Below are positions 1 through 11,900 of a stretch of DNA of 64,000 bases, in pieces. The DNA is from Lentisphaeria bacterium. Its GTDB lineage: Bacteria > Verrucomicrobiota > Lentisphaeria > JABSQK01 > JAWLHB01. Both the position numbers and the translations under genes were made by a program. The notes beneath the pieces were generated by a model. It was not told where the DNA came from. It was given only the letters and a program-made list of their open reading frames with translations, and did no database searches. The stretch covers positions 1-64,000 of the forward strand of contig JAWLHB010000042.1 of NCBI GenBank assembly GCA_041690595.1. The letters run 5' to 3'. Numbering within the stretch: position 1 is the stretch's first letter; each line of letters begins with the position of its first letter.

Positions 1-262
1 GTCCACCACTTGCCGGTTCACCACACCCGCAAGCCGTAGAAACGGTGGCCTCGTCAACCAAACTCTGCAAGTCAATGGGCATACATTGCCGTCACGTTGA
101 GGATGGCATGGAGAGGCCCTCGGGGATTGCCAGGGCGGTGGAGGCGAGGCGTGTGGATTTGATCGCGTGTGGGGGAGTAGCACGGGCTTGGACGTATGGG
201 GGGAAACGTCCTTGCGCGGTGGGAGAGGGGCAGCAGTTGGCGGGGCGGTGGTGATCATGAAG

Positions 263-290
263 TTGACTTTCAGCGGGGGGCGTCTATTAT
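263..290 (+). promoter_or_regulatory. sigma70-type promoter of the riboswitch/ECF operon
   Basis: TTGACT (263-268), 16-bp spacer, TATTAT (285-290); implied start at ~296 coincides with the riboswitch P1 5' strand. Confidence 0.7.
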
Positions 291-295
291 TGGCG

Positions 296-449
296 TTGCC
301 GTTGAACCGGAAGACGGTGGGAATCCGTCGCAGACGCGCTGCTGTAACCGGGGATGTTTCGCAAAGGCGACTGCCACTCGTGAATGCCGAAAGGTGGAAC
401 GGGGAAGGCAGTAGCCGGGAAGCCCGGAAGCCAGAAGACCCAATGGCAA
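296..449 (+). promoter_or_regulatory. Cobalamin (B12) riboswitch
   Basis: Conserved blocks CCGGAAGACGGTGGGAATCCGTC, CTGTAAC, GCCACT, GGGAAGG and B12-box AGCCAGAAGACC; closing helix TTGCCGTTG (296-304) with CAATGGCAA (441-449); upstream of a transporter operon. Confidence 0.9.
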
Positions 450-546
450 AAAATGTGCACCACGCATCCCGCGCTACAGGATGTCCGGAGTCTCCGATGA
501 AGTCTTTTCCATGCTCTGTATCACCGCACTCGCCAGGCGGGGTGCC

Positions 547-2385
547 ATGATGTTGGCGCTGAGCAGCTCCCGCCGAGGGCGGATCGTGGCGGTGGCAGCG
601 CTGGTCGTGGCCGTGGCGCTGCTGGTGCTGTTGCGGCGGTCGGAGCCGGTGGCGCTACCGGAGATCGAGGCTCACTTCACGCCATCGGGGCTGCTGCGGG
701 TCGAGCAGGTGGCGGGACGGGATCTGCGGATTCTCGACGAGGCCGGTCGGCTGGTGGCGGTGGTGCCTGCTTTTGGAAAGGAGAGCCTGGAGATCCGGCT
801 TGCGTGGCAGCCGGGGGAAGCGTTCAGGATCGTCCCGGCGAGTGGGGTACCGCTGGCGGTGTCGGCGCCGGAGGCGGTGCCGGCGTTGATGGTGCGGCTG
901 CATGCGCCGCTGGGTCAGCCGTCGCATGTCTGGCGCTTTGCTGAACCGCTGGCGGGCGAGCGGCAAGAGGAGATGGTGGTGACCGCGGAGCCGGGGGAGA
1001 GCCTCGACCTGATGCTGGAAGTGGAGAAGCTGGTGGACGCGGGGAGTTATGCGGTGGCGGTGGAGTCGAGCCTGTCGCTGTCGCCGGAGTCGGCGGAGCT
1101 GGAGTTTGAATTCGACAACCAGGTGTGGCTGACGACGGTGACGCTGGGCGAGGAGCTGCCGGAGGAGCCGCTGGTGCTGCGGCTGCGGGTGGATGCGCTT
1201 GAGGTGGAGCTTTTGCTGCGGGTGATGCCGCGCAACTTGGCGGCGGAGGCGTTGGTGCTGGAGCGGTGGCTGCTGCCGACCAGTCGCGACGGGCACTTCG
1301 AGCCGCGTCATGTGGAGAATCAGCTGACGCTGCCGAATGCGTTGTGGGTGCGCCTGGCCAGGACGGTGGGTTTTCAGGCGGATATGGCGAACTATTTCGA
1401 GCCGTACGCCTACCAGACGCTCTGGTTGCGGAACGGGTCGGAGCAGCCCATGAGTCTGCTTCTGGAAGGGACGGTGGTGGATCCGGAAGGGGGCGAGGTG
1501 CTGAGCTGGTTTCAGTCGCCGCAGATCGAAGCGACGGGTGGTGGTCCGCGCATTCTGGGCTTCGCGCAGATCCCGCCGGGCGAGGTCCGTGGCTGCGTGC
1601 TTCCGGTCTATGTGGATCCGGATACGCCCGCGGGGAGCTACCGGCGGCAGGTGCGCGCGAGTGTGCTGGGGACGGATCGGGAGCTGAAGGTTTATTCGGC
1701 GCCGCTGGGGATCGTGCGCACGCAGTCCCTCTATACCAGTTGGCTGATCGGGATCGCGTTGCTCAGCGGGGTATGGCTGGTGCTGGCGCTGATCTTCTAC
1801 CGTCGTCTGGTCGCGTCGCTGGGGCTGCGTCTGCTGGTGCTGCTGGCGTTGCTGGGGTCGCTGCAATTCTGCCTGCAGTTCGTGGGGGGGATGGTAGCGA
1901 ATCTTTTCTATGCCTTGCTGGGGCCGTTCAACTGCCTGGTGGGGGGGCTGCTGACCGAGGTAATGACCTACCTGATCATCACCTGCATCCTGTATGTGGT
2001 GCCGCGCGTGGGGGCGATGACCCTGGCGGGGATGGTGAGCTACCTGATGGGGGCGATCATGTTCGGCTCGTTCAGCGCGATGGACCTGCTCTTCATCGGC
2101 TCGGCGATTGCGTTTCGCGAGCTGTTTCTGCTGCTCTTCGGGGTGACGCGCTTCAGCGGCCGTGAGACGCGGGCGCCGAAGCTGCTGCCGATGATGCTGG
2201 CGCTGGCGCTGGCGGATGCGTTCAGCACCTTCACCAATCTGGTGCTGCAGGCCATCTTCTATCGGCTCTTCTTCGCGGACTGGTACATCCTCCTTCAGGT
2301 CGTGGTGACGGGCTTCTGCTATACCCTCGTGGGCGTATGGCTGGGGCGGCGACTCGGCCTGAGCCTACGAAAGGTGCACGTATGA
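547..2385 (+). CDS. Membrane protein: N-terminal anchor, ~380-aa extracytoplasmic region, C-terminal ECF S-component-like (MptD-like) multi-TM domain
   Basis: N-terminal hydrophobic helix, long soluble region, then ~6 TM helices with VPRVGAMTLAGMV resembling MptD/Trep_Strep S components; ATGA overlap with the ATPase; start 547 preferred over 481. Confidence 0.7.
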   Translation: MMLALSSSRRGRIVAVAALVVAVALLVLLRRSEPVALPEIEAHFTPSGLLRVEQVAGRDLRILDEAGRLVAVVPAFGKESLEIRLAWQPGEAFRIVPASGVPLAVSAPEAVPALMVRLHAPLGQPSHVWRFAEPLAGERQEEMVVTAEPGESLDLMLEVEKLVDAGSYAVAVESSLSLSPESAELEFEFDNQVWLTTVTLGEELPEEPLVLRLRVDALEVELLLRVMPRNLAAEALVLERWLLPTSRDGHFEPRHVENQLTLPNALWVRLARTVGFQADMANYFEPYAYQTLWLRNGSEQPMSLLLEGTVVDPEGGEVLSWFQSPQIEATGGGPRILGFAQIPPGEVRGCVLPVYVDPDTPAGSYRRQVRASVLGTDRELKVYSAPLGIVRTQSLYTSWLIGIALLSGVWLVLALIFYRRLVASLGLRLLVLLALLGSLQFCLQFVGGMVANLFYALLGPFNCLVGGLLTEVMTYLIITCILYVVPRVGAMTLAGMVSYLMGAIMFGSFSAMDLLFIGSAIAFRELFLLLFGVTRFSGRETRAPKLLPMMLALALADAFSTFTNLVLQAIFYRLFFADWYILLQVVVTGFCYTLVGVWLGRRLGLSLRKVHV

Positions 2386-3986
2386 TACGCGTCGACAAGC
2401 TGCATCTTCAGTACGTGGGCGCGGAGGCTCCGACCCTGACCGACATCAGCTTCACGGTCGCGAGAGGGGAGCTGGTGGTGATCTGCGGGCCGACCGGCTG
2501 CGGCAAATCGACGCTGCTGAACTGCCTGAACGGCACGCTGCACCACGAAAGCAGCGCCCGGATTCAGGGGACGGTAGAGCTGGCGGGGCGGGCGATGGAG
2601 TCGCTCTCGGTGCCGGAGGTTTGCCGGCTGGCAGGCGCGGTCTTCCAGAATCCCGGGTCGCAGCTCACCGCCTCGACTGCCGAGCTGGAGGTGGCATTCG
2701 GAATGGAGAACCAGAATCTGGAGCGGGCTACGATGCGGGAGCGCATTGACACGGCGCTGGCCGCCACGGGGCTGAGCGACTGCCGCCACCAGCGGACGGA
2801 GACTTTGTCGGGCGGGCAGCAGCAGCGTTTGGTGATGGCCTGCGTGCTGGCGCTGCAGCCGCGGATGCTGCTTCTGGACGAGCCGATCAGTCAGCTCGAC
2901 CCCCAGGGAGCGGGAGAGATCCTGCGGCTGCTGGATGAGTTGAAGTCGCAGGGGGGGATGACGATCGTGCTGGTGGAGCATCGGCTGGAGGATGTCCTGC
3001 CGATTGCCGACCGGGTGCTGCTGATGGAGGAAGGCCGGCTGGTGGCGACAATGACGCGGGAGGCGCTTCTGGCCGACCTGAGCCCGTTGCGTCGCCTCGG
3101 CCTGAATCTGCCGCACCTGCCCGATCTCTTTGAACGGCTGGGGCGGGTGGAGCGACCGTTGACCGCGGAGGCGGCGCCGATGCTGAGGGTGCAGCGCGAG
3201 GTGCCCGCGGTGGTCGGCGAGCGGGGGGCGGTGCTGATCGAGGTGCGAGAGGTGACATACGGGTACAGCCGGCGCGGGGCGGCGCTCTTCGAGGGGCTGT
3301 CGTTGAGCCTGCGGCGGGGGGATCGGGTCGCCCTGCTGGGCTCCAACGGGGCCGGGAAGTCGACGCTGCTGCACCTGCTGGCTGGGGCGTTGCGGCCGTG
3401 GAAGGGGAGCGTGGAGCGGCCCGATCCGGCGCCCGGCTGCGGCCTTGTTTTGCAGAACCCCGATCTGATGCTTTTCTGCGAGAGTGTCCGCGAGGAAGTG
3501 GCCTTCGCGCCGCATCATGCGGGCGTGCCGGCGGGCAAGGCGGGGGAGCTGGTGGAGCGCACGCTGGCTCGGTTGGGGATTGCGGAGCTGGGGGATCGGG
3601 CACCTTTCGCGCTGTCGCGGGGTCAGCGGTTGCGGACGGCGGTGGCGAGCGTGGTGTCGCGGGAGCCGGCCTTCCTCCTGCTCGATGAGCCGACCACGGG
3701 GCAGGATCGGGAGCAGATCGACCGGCTGATGGAGGGGCTCGAAGCGGCTTACGACGTGGTTCTCTTTGCCACCCACGATGTCGACACGGCGGCGCGTCAT
3801 GCCAATCGCATCCTGCTCCTGCATCAGGGGCGCGTGCTGGCGGACGGGGCGCCCCATGAGGTGCTGGACAACGCGGAGCTGCTGGCACGGGCGGCGGTGC
3901 GCCAGACGAGCCTGCAGCAGTATGCGCGGCGGCTGGGGGTGCGGGCCTTCACGGTCGAAGCGTTGCAGGAGGTGGTGCGGCCATGA
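2382..3986 (+). CDS. ecfA: ECF transporter ATPase with two fused ABC domains
   Basis: Walker A GPTGCGKS and GSNGAGKS, signatures LSGGQ and LSRGQ, two LLLDEP Walker B, FQNP/LQNP Q-loops. Confidence 0.92.
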   Translation: MIRVDKLHLQYVGAEAPTLTDISFTVARGELVVICGPTGCGKSTLLNCLNGTLHHESSARIQGTVELAGRAMESLSVPEVCRLAGAVFQNPGSQLTASTAELEVAFGMENQNLERATMRERIDTALAATGLSDCRHQRTETLSGGQQQRLVMACVLALQPRMLLLDEPISQLDPQGAGEILRLLDELKSQGGMTIVLVEHRLEDVLPIADRVLLMEEGRLVATMTREALLADLSPLRRLGLNLPHLPDLFERLGRVERPLTAEAAPMLRVQREVPAVVGERGAVLIEVREVTYGYSRRGAALFEGLSLSLRRGDRVALLGSNGAGKSTLLHLLAGALRPWKGSVERPDPAPGCGLVLQNPDLMLFCESVREEVAFAPHHAGVPAGKAGELVERTLARLGIAELGDRAPFALSRGQRLRTAVASVVSREPAFLLLDEPTTGQDREQIDRLMEGLEAAYDVVLFATHDVDTAARHANRILLLHQGRVLADGAPHEVLDNAELLARAAVRQTSLQQYARRLGVRAFTVEALQEVVRP

Positions 3987-4828
3987 GTTCTCCCATGCAC
4001 CGGATGGATGTACGGCTGAAGATGACGATTGGCTTCGCCATGTCGATGGTGGCAATCCTGGTGGACAGCCTCCTGATGCTTGGCGCCGGCGCGGTGATCG
4101 GCGCTCTCCTTTTCGCGGCGTGCCGGCCGACGAGGGGGCAGAGCCGGTTGGTGATCTTTTCGTTTACGCTGCTGGTGTGGGGGATGATCTTCAGCCAGGC
4201 GCTCTTCTATCAGAACTTTCCGCGGCACGCCATCCTGTCGCTGCTGCCGCCGAACGTGCTGATGCCCGAGGGGCTGCAGGTGTACGCCGAGGGTATTCGC
4301 CATGGTCTGGTGCAGTCGCTGCGGCTGATCATGCTGGGATTGACGGGGTATGCGATCTGCTTCTCGACGGAGCCGGGGCACTTCCTGCAGGGGTTGCTGG
4401 CGATCCGGGTGCCCTTCGGCCTGGCTTTCATGGCGGTCACGGCGATACGCTTTCTGCCGATCTTCGCGACGGAGTACCAGGCGGTGCGGCTGGCGATGCG
4501 GCTGAAGGGTTATCGGCCCTTGCGGCGGGGGGTGCGGGATACGATTCGCACGGAGATCTCGAGCCTGCGGCCGGTCCTGCTGGGGGCCATTCGGCGGGCG
4601 CAGGAGATCGCGCTGTCGATCCAGACGCGGGGTTTTGTGCTCGGTGCACCCAGATCCAGCCTGGTGGAGCGACGTTTTGGCGCCGGCCAATGGTTGACGG
4701 TGATGATGGTGGCGCTGCTGATCGGGGCGCTGCTGGTATGCAAGTTGCTATTCTTACTCTATCAGTATCAACTCTTCTACGTTCCGGCATTGCGGCCGCT
4801 CTATGCGTTCGTCCGGGCGTGGCTTTAA
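3983..4828 (+). CDS. ecfT: ECF transporter transmembrane T component (CbiQ/EcfT family)
   Basis: MHRMDVRLK start, TM helices, AIRFLP, coupling motif QTRGF; overlaps ATPase stop. Confidence 0.9.
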   Translation: MSSPMHRMDVRLKMTIGFAMSMVAILVDSLLMLGAGAVIGALLFAACRPTRGQSRLVIFSFTLLVWGMIFSQALFYQNFPRHAILSLLPPNVLMPEGLQVYAEGIRHGLVQSLRLIMLGLTGYAICFSTEPGHFLQGLLAIRVPFGLAFMAVTAIRFLPIFATEYQAVRLAMRLKGYRPLRRGVRDTIRTEISSLRPVLLGAIRRAQEIALSIQTRGFVLGAPRSSLVERRFGAGQWLTVMMVALLIGALLVCKLLFLLYQYQLFYVPALRPLYAFVRAWL

Positions 4829-4843
4829 GTGGAGGTGTCGCGG

Positions 4844-6325
4844 ATGCGCTTTGTTCTGATGATGGTGGTGTGGAGCCTGGTGGCGGCCGCGGAATGGCCG
4901 GCGATTGACGGGGATGTGTCGGGGGCCGTACGGCGTGAGGGGGTGCATGATGGCGGGGCCGTGGTGCCGCAGGTGCTGCACCGGATCCCCTTGGGCGATG
5001 TCAGTTTCTATGCTCGCGGCGGGCTGCCGGCGGATGCCTTCGTGCGCTTCTCGCCGGACGGCAGGTTGCTGGCGATCGGCACGCTTCTCGGCAGGATGAT
5101 GATGGTCGACGTCTATTCGCGCAAGACGATCTGGGAGCGTCAGATCGCGGAAGGGATGGTCAAGAAGATCGACTTCTCTCCCGATGGCCGGACGGTCTAT
5201 TACGGCGAACAGAGCGTCGACGGCTTTGTCTTCGCGGCGGATACGCGGACGGGCGAGACCCGCTGGCGTTTTCGTCTCGCGGACGATCTGGAGAGCAGCG
5301 CACCGCCGGCCAAGGAGGATCTGTTCGGCGTCTTCACGCTGCCGGGAGTCTACCACCTGATGACGGTGGAGAATGGCGACCTGCTGGTGCTGGGGATTCA
5401 CGCCTGGGGCGATTTCAGCAACTACCGCACGATGCGTCGCCTCTCGCGGGTCTACCGTCTGAGCCCCGAGGGTGAGGTGCGCTGGCGATGGCCGGCGGCA
5501 GGGGCGGCGCCGCAGAGTCTGGTCCATCTGCACGCGGATCCGGCGGGCCGGCGCGTCGCGGTTCTGGCGGGAACGCCCGCGGCGGATGCCCACGAGCTGG
5601 CCGCGCCCAACGGTTCCATCGTCATTCTCGATGGGGCGACCGGCGAGGAGACGGGGCGCCATGCGTTCGAACCGCTGCGACCCTTCTTCGAGACGGTGGG
5701 CTTCTGGCAGTCGGTGGCTGTCGATGCAAAGGGGGAGCGGGCGGCCGTGGGGCTTCATGACGGGCGAAGCTTTCTGCTCTCGCTGCCCGAGGCGAAGGTG
5801 GAGCATACCTTCTCCTTCGGCGCACCGATCATGATCAGTGGCGTGCCGGTAAGCGCGCGATCCACCTACACGACGATTGCGCCCGACGGCATGACCTACT
5901 TTCAGACCGCGGCGGCCAGCGTGCCGAATGCCGACAGCATGGAGCACGTGGTGCGCCCGCCGGGGCCGCATCCCAACGCCAACACCATCAATGTGGTTGG
6001 GCCCGACGGCAAGGTGGCGTGGCGCTTCCGCGGCGGTCACACCTACCAGAACTTCTGGACGAGCGCCGACGGGCGCTGGATGCTGACCTGCGCCCAGAAG
6101 GAAGAGGAGAATCTGGGCGTGGAAGCCGGGGCGATGCTCTTCGACACGCATCGCCCCGGAGGTGGTTCCGCCAAGCTGGTCTACATGTACCGGGTCGAGG
6201 GCATGGTCTTCTTCCATGCCGATCTGGCGAGGGACGGCAGCGCTGTCGCCATCGTCGAATGCCCGTATGTCGACCCGCGCACCCGGCAACTGACCGGCAG
6301 CTACCAGGTGCACGTGCTACGCTAG
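4844..6325 (+). CDS. Secreted PQQ-like/WD40 beta-propeller protein
   Basis: Signal peptide [16 protein letters not shown]; blade motifs FSPDGR (x2), [36 protein letters not shown]. Confidence 0.8.
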   Translation: MRFVLMMVVWSLVAAAEWPAIDGDVSGAVRREGVHDGGAVVPQVLHRIPLGDVSFYARGGLPADAFVRFSPDGRLLAIGTLLGRMMMVDVYSRKTIWERQIAEGMVKKIDFSPDGRTVYYGEQSVDGFVFAADTRTGETRWRFRLADDLESSAPPAKEDLFGVFTLPGVYHLMTVENGDLLVLGIHAWGDFSNYRTMRRLSRVYRLSPEGEVRWRWPAAGAAPQSLVHLHADPAGRRVAVLAGTPAADAHELAAPNGSIVILDGATGEETGRHAFEPLRPFFETVGFWQSVAVDAKGERAAVGLHDGRSFLLSLPEAKVEHTFSFGAPIMISGVPVSARSTYTTIAPDGMTYFQTAAASVPNADSMEHVVRPPGPHPNANTINVVGPDGKVAWRFRGGHTYQNFWTSADGRWMLTCAQKEEENLGVEAGAMLFDTHRPGGGSAKLVYMYRVEGMVFFHADLARDGSAVAIVECPYVDPRTRQLTGSYQVHVLR

Positions 6326-7194
6326 AGGTTGTCCTTGACGGTCTGGCCCATTTCCGCGGGCGATTCGACGACGCTGACGCCGTGCGCCTGCATGATCTTC
6401 ATCTTGGCGGCAGCCGACTCATCGGCACCGGAGACGATGGCGCCCGCGTGGCCCATGCGTCGTCCGGGAGGAGCGGTGCGGCCGGCAATGAAAGCAAAAA
6501 CGGGTTTGGTGACATGACTTTGCGCATACTTAGCTGCTTCGATCTCCATGGTGCCGCCGATCTCGCCGATCATGAGGATGGCATCCGTCTCGGGATCCTT
6601 CTCGAAGAGGGCGAGCAGGTCGACCATCGTGGAGCCGATGACGGGGTCGCCGCCGATGCCGATACAGGTCGACTGACCAAGGCCGGCGGCTACCAGTTGA
6701 TGCACCGCTTCGTAGGTGAGCGTGCCGGACTTGGAGATGACGCCGATGCGGCCGCGCCGGGCGATATGACCCGGCATGATGCCGACTTTGGCTTCGCCGG
6801 GGGTCAGCAGGCCGGGACAGTTCGGCCCGACCAGGCGGACGCCTTGGGCTTTGCAGAAGGCCGTCGCCTTCACCATGTCGTTGACTGGGATCCCTTCGGT
6901 GATGCAGACGACAAGCTCGATGCCCGCCTCGGCCGCTTCCATGACAGCGTCCGCCGCAAAGGAGGCTGGCACGAAGATCAGCGAGACATTGGCCCCGGCT
7001 TCACGACGCGCGTCGGAACAGGAGTTGAAGACGGGGACCCTGCCGTCGAGGGCGGTCTGGCCCCCTTTGCCGGGGGTGACGCCGCCGACCACGTTGTGGC
7101 CATAGTCGTGGCACTGCCCCGCATGAAAGGAGCCTTCCTTGCCGGTGATTCCCTGCACAATGATGCGGGACGATTTATCTACCAGAATTGCCAT
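6322..7194 (-). CDS. sucD: Succinyl-CoA synthetase alpha subunit
   Basis: [23 protein letters not shown], phospho-His motif RMGHAGAI. Confidence 0.97.
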   Translation of the reverse strand: MAILVDKSSRIIVQGITGKEGSFHAGQCHDYGHNVVGGVTPGKGGQTALDGRVPVFNSCSDARREAGANVSLIFVPASFAADAVMEAAEAGIELVVCITEGIPVNDMVKATAFCKAQGVRLVGPNCPGLLTPGEAKVGIMPGHIARRGRIGVISKSGTLTYEAVHQLVAAGLGQSTCIGIGGDPVIGSTMVDLLALFEKDPETDAILMIGEIGGTMEIEAAKYAQSHVTKPVFAFIAGRTAPPGRRMGHAGAIVSGADESAAAKMKIMQAHGVSVVESPAEMGQTVKDNL

Positions 7195-7203
7195 GGTTGC
7201 TCC

Positions 7204-8379
7204 TTAACCCTGCGCTGCCTGAACGGTTTTGGCGGCGGCGTCGTCAAGACTGCCTGCCGCAATGAGATCCAGGCCGGACTGCTCGAGGATCTGCTTTGCT
7301 TCTTCCGCGTTGGTACCTTCCAGACGGACTATCACCGGGACGGTCAGGCCGAGTTCGCGGGTCGCTTCGATGATGCCGTTGGCGATGCGGTCGCAGCGCA
7401 CGATGCCGCCGAAGACGTTGATCAGGACCGCTTTCACGGACGGGTCGGAGAGGATGATGCGGAAGCCGTTCTTGACGGTTTCGACGCTGGCCCCGCCGCC
7501 GACATCGAGGAAGTTGGCCGGTTCGCCGCCCTTGAGCTTGATGATGTCCATGGTCGCCATGGCCAGGCCCGCGCCGTTCACCATGCAGCCGACGTTGCCG
7601 TCGAGCTTGATGTAGTTGAGGTCGTATTTGTGTGCCTCGACTTCCGTGGGGTTCTCCTCATGGGAGTCCCGCATGGCGGCGATCTCCTTGTGGCGGAAAA
7701 GGGCATTGTCGTCGAAGGTAAACTTGGCGTCGAGGGCGAGGAGCTGCCCTTGTTCGGTAACGACCAGAGGATTGATCTCGGCGAGGGAGGCATCGGTGCC
7801 GACGTAGGCGCGGTAGAGGTTGCCGAGAAGCTTGGCCGCCTGCTTGGCGAGGTCGTCGGTGAAGCCGAGAGCGGCTGCCATGCGGCGCTGTTGAAAGGGC
7901 TGCAGGCCAAAGGCGGGATCGACCCACTCCTTGACGATGGCGGAGGGATTGCGACGCGCCACCTCTTCGATCTCGACACCGCCTTCCGCCGAACCCATGA
8001 TGACATGCCGTTCGCGGGCACGATCGAGGGTGATCGCCAGATAGTATTCGGAGGCAATGTCGATGCCCTGCGTGATAAGGAGCCGGCGGACAAGCTGCCC
8101 TTCGGGACCAGTCTGCGGAGTCACCAGGTTGGAGCCGAGTATCCGGCGGACATGGCCGAGCGCGGTCTCGAGGTTGGGTGCAACCTTGACGCCGCCTCCC
8201 TTTCCACGGCCGCCCGCATGTATCTGGGCTTTGACGACGACGGTTTCGGTGCCGTACTCCCGCTGCACGTGAGTGATCACGCGCTCGGCATCCTCCAATC
8301 TTTCGAGCACACAGCCGCCGGGAACGGGTATGCCGTGCGATTGCAGGACTTCTCGAGCTTGATACTCGTGAACTTTCAA
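7204..8379 (-). CDS. sucC: Succinyl-CoA synthetase beta subunit
   Basis: [41 protein letters not shown] start with GGAGG RBS. Confidence 0.97.
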   Translation of the reverse strand: MKVHEYQAREVLQSHGIPVPGGCVLERLEDAERVITHVQREYGTETVVVKAQIHAGGRGKGGGVKVAPNLETALGHVRRILGSNLVTPQTGPEGQLVRRLLITQGIDIASEYYLAITLDRARERHVIMGSAEGGVEIEEVARRNPSAIVKEWVDPAFGLQPFQQRRMAAALGFTDDLAKQAAKLLGNLYRAYVGTDASLAEINPLVVTEQGQLLALDAKFTFDDNALFRHKEIAAMRDSHEENPTEVEAHKYDLNYIKLDGNVGCMVNGAGLAMATMDIIKLKGGEPANFLDVGGGASVETVKNGFRIILSDPSVKAVLINVFGGIVRCDRIANGIIEATRELGLTVPVIVRLEGTNAEEAKQILEQSGLDLIAAGSLDDAAAKTVQAAQG

Positions 8380-8991
8380 AGGTTACCTCCATGGATGGTG
8401 AAACGAGCTTGCGGTTGCCTGTCTTAGCTCCGCAGTATAGTGCTTACGCTAAATCAATGTAGGGCCATGTCAATGGCTGGCCGCGAAATCGCCTCCGCAA
8501 AGCGGCTGCGCGTGGGCAGCAACGGGCAAAGCGGGGGCAGGTGAATGTCAAAATTTCTGTGATTCCGGTCGACAACCCTGTTGATGTCGGTTATTGTCTA
8601 TCGCTGTCAGCTCAGACGGTTAGTCCAGATCGTTGACTGGATACCAGAATGTGCTCAGCAGGCAGGGAGCAGGTACTGCTCGCGTGCGCGTCATGGTATG
8701 GCGTAAACACTGATGGGACAGGATCTGAAGATGAAAAGTGAAGCTGGTTGCGCCAAGCATGCGCGCCTGTACAAAAGTCGAACCGGGTGGATGCGGCAGG
8801 CTTCGAGTCCTGGCGCCGCTGATGCACCCGCGCTGTCATCGTGACGGTGCGGAGGCGGGGAAGCCGCGGGTTGTCTGGCGGGCGCGCTCCTGCTTGGTGG
8901 CCTGTGTTATGGATATGGGTGTTAAGTCGCCTCTCCTTTCCTGCCGCTACAGCGTACTTTACCCCTACAAGAGTTTACGAAGCAAAAGCCG

Positions 8992-11900
8992 ATGGATAAA
9001 TACCTGGATCTTTACCGCATTGTCAGTCTGAACCGGAAGCTGGACGACAAACAGGAAGCGCTTGCGCAATCGGGCAAGATACCTTTCTACATACCGACGG
9101 CCGGACATGAGACGAGTGCGGCCCTGGCTCCCCATCTGCGGCCCGATGACTATCTCTTCTGTCATTATCGTGACGTGGCGCTGATGCTGGCGCGTGGGTA
9201 CCTGCCGGAGAATCTGCTGGCGGGTGTGCTTGGCCGTGCCGGCAGTTCCTCGTCGGGGCGACGGATGCCAGGCTTCCCTTGCAGCCCCGAGCTGCGTATC
9301 ATGGATTCCTCGACCCTGGTGGGGAACAACGCGCTGCAGGCGGCCGGCATTGCCCATACCATCAAGACGCGCGAAGGGGATCAGTCGATCGTGCTTTGCA
9401 GCATCGGCGATGGCGGCACCCAGCAGGGTGAATACCTGGAAGCCATCGCGGAAGCGGTTCGCTGGCAGTTGCCCGTCCTCTTCTTTGTCCACAACAACAA
9501 TTACGCCCTTTCGGTACCGACGCCCGGCAAGACCTTCTTTTCCCGTGGCGATGGCTTGGCGCGGGAGTTCTACGGCATCGAGATCGTCCATCTGGAGGGC
9601 AGGAACATTCCCGCCGCGCATGAGCGTCTGGGGCAGGTTGTCGGCGAGATGCGCGAGCGGCGCCATCCGCGGATCGTGGTGCTCAATACGGAGCGCTTGC
9701 GCAGCCATACCTATGCGGATGACCACCGCGTCTATCGGGCCGAAGCCGACCTCAAGCGGCTGAGCGAGGAGATGGATCCGTTGCGCTGCTTCCGTCAGTA
9801 TCTGCTCGATTCCGGTGTTGCGGAGGCGACGCTGGCGGAGATCGAGCAGGCGGGGCAGAAGCAGATCGAGCTTGCGGCCACGACGGCCCTCGCCATGCCC
9901 GTTTCCAAGGGGAAGACGGAGATTCGTTGCCCGTATGTGCCTCTGCGTACCTGCCCGCCCGTCGGGAGTGCCGATGCCGAGCAACTGACCTTGCTGCAGA
10001 CCATTCGGCGGGTCCTGGCACATCGCCTGGAGCACGACGATCGGGTCGTCCTCTATGGTCAGGATATCGAAGATCCCAAGGGTGATGTCTTTGGTCTGAC
10101 GCGCGGCTTGAGCAAGGCGTACCCCGAACGTGTGCGCAATTCGCCCCTCAGCGAATCGACGATCATGGGCGTGGCCGCCGGTCGCGCCTTTGCGGGCGAT
10201 CGGCCCGTGGCCTTTCTGCAGTTTGCCGACTTTTTGCCGCTTGCCTACAACCAGATCCACTCGGAGCTGGGCAGCATCTATTGGCGCAGCAATGGCAATT
10301 TCGAGGCACCGGTGACCGTTCTGACGGTTTCGGGCGCCTACTGCAAGGGGTTGGGACCCTTCCATGCCCAGACTCCCGCCGCGGCGGTAGCCCATGTCCC
10401 CGGGGTGGATGTCTATGTCCCCGGCTGCGCGGCCGATGCGGCGGCGATACTGAACACCGCCATGTCCGGCAACCGTCCGTCGGTCATCCTGCTGCCGAAG
10501 GTGCTGCTCAACAGCCGCGCCCACATGGCGACCCTGCAGGATCTCAACGTGACGATCCGCCCCGGCGAAGCTCGTCGCGTACGTGAGGGCAGCGAGCTGA
10601 CCCTGGTCGGCTATGGCAGCACCATGCTGGTCTGCGAAGAGGCGGCCGACCACCTCGAGCGCGCGGGCATATCTGTCGAGCTGATCGACCTGCGCTGCAT
10701 TTCACCGTGGGACGAAGAGATGATCGTGGAATCCGTCTCGCGGACGGGCGCGCTGCTGATCGTCGACGAAGACAACAAGACCTGCGGTATTGCGGGCGAG
10801 ATCCTCGCCACCGTCGCGGAGCGCATCGACCGCAAGGTGAAGCTGGCGCGTGAGTGCCTGAACGATACTTTCATCCCCTTCGAGTTCGGCCGCCAGCTGG
10901 AGATTCTGCCCACCGTCGATACGGTTCTCGAACGTGTCGCCCGCATGCTCGACCTGCAGGTCGAGTGGGAAGAGGACGAGCAGGCCGCCGCCGGTACTCT
11001 CGTCGTGAAGACCGTCGGCTCCAGTCCGGCGGACGAGACCGTGACGATCATGGCTTACCATGTTGAAGTGGGAGACGTGGTCGAAGAGGACGATCTGCTC
11101 GCCACCGTCGAGGCCGACAAGGCCATCACCGAGATCACTGCCCCAACCGGCGGAACCGTCACCGCCATCTCCCTGGAAGTCGGCGACGAGGTCTCAATCG
11201 GGACGCCGATGCTGGTTCTGGCTACCGGTGTGGACGCCGAGGCCGGGCCGGTGGTGGAGACACCGTCGGAGCGACGCGTACACGCGATCACCCGGAAGAG
11301 CGCGGCGGGAGCGGCGACACGCGCATCCGCCAGTGGCAAGACGGATGTCTACCTCTCGGCCATTGCGGCGGTACCCGGTTCACGACTGGTGCTCAACGAG
11401 GAGTTGATCGAGCACAACCCGGTGTGGAGCGCGAGCGAGATCGAGAAGCGCACGGGGATCCGTCAACGCTACTGGGTTGGAGAGGGAGAGACGACGCTTT
11501 CATTGGCAGAGCGGGCGACGCGGGAAGTGCTGCGTATGCACGATCTGGCGATGGAAGATGTCGATGCCATCATCTGCAGTACCGGAACCGGCGGTCCCGT
11601 CAGTCCATCCATGGCTTGTCGTCTGCTCACGTCATTCGATCTGCCGGATTCCGTTGCGATTCAGGCGCATGACATCAATGCCGCCTGCAGCGGGTACCTG
11701 TATGCGCTTCAGCAGGCCTATGACATCCTGCAGTTTCAGGCGGACGCCGTGATCCTGATTGTGACCTCCGAGACCCTCTCGCAGGTCCTCGATCGCACCG
11801 ATCCGGGAACCTATTTCCTCTTCGGTGACGCGGCGACGGCCTCGCTGGTGACTGGTACGCCGCTGCCCGGCAGCAAGCGTCGCCTGAAGGTCTCCCGGCC

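Noticed and set aside
481..4828. Strong G-richness of the + strand as a sign of foreign origin
   Set aside because: A similar + strand G excess appears over minus-strand genes at 52.8-59 kb, consistent with replication strand skew; judged by eye only.
6019..8427. 802-aa + strand ORF
   Set aside because: Antisense shadow of sucCD caused by GC-rich codon bias; no motifs.
8785..8830. tRNA-like T-loop (GGCTTCGAGTCC)
   Set aside because: No D arm, anticodon arm or acceptor stem can be built.
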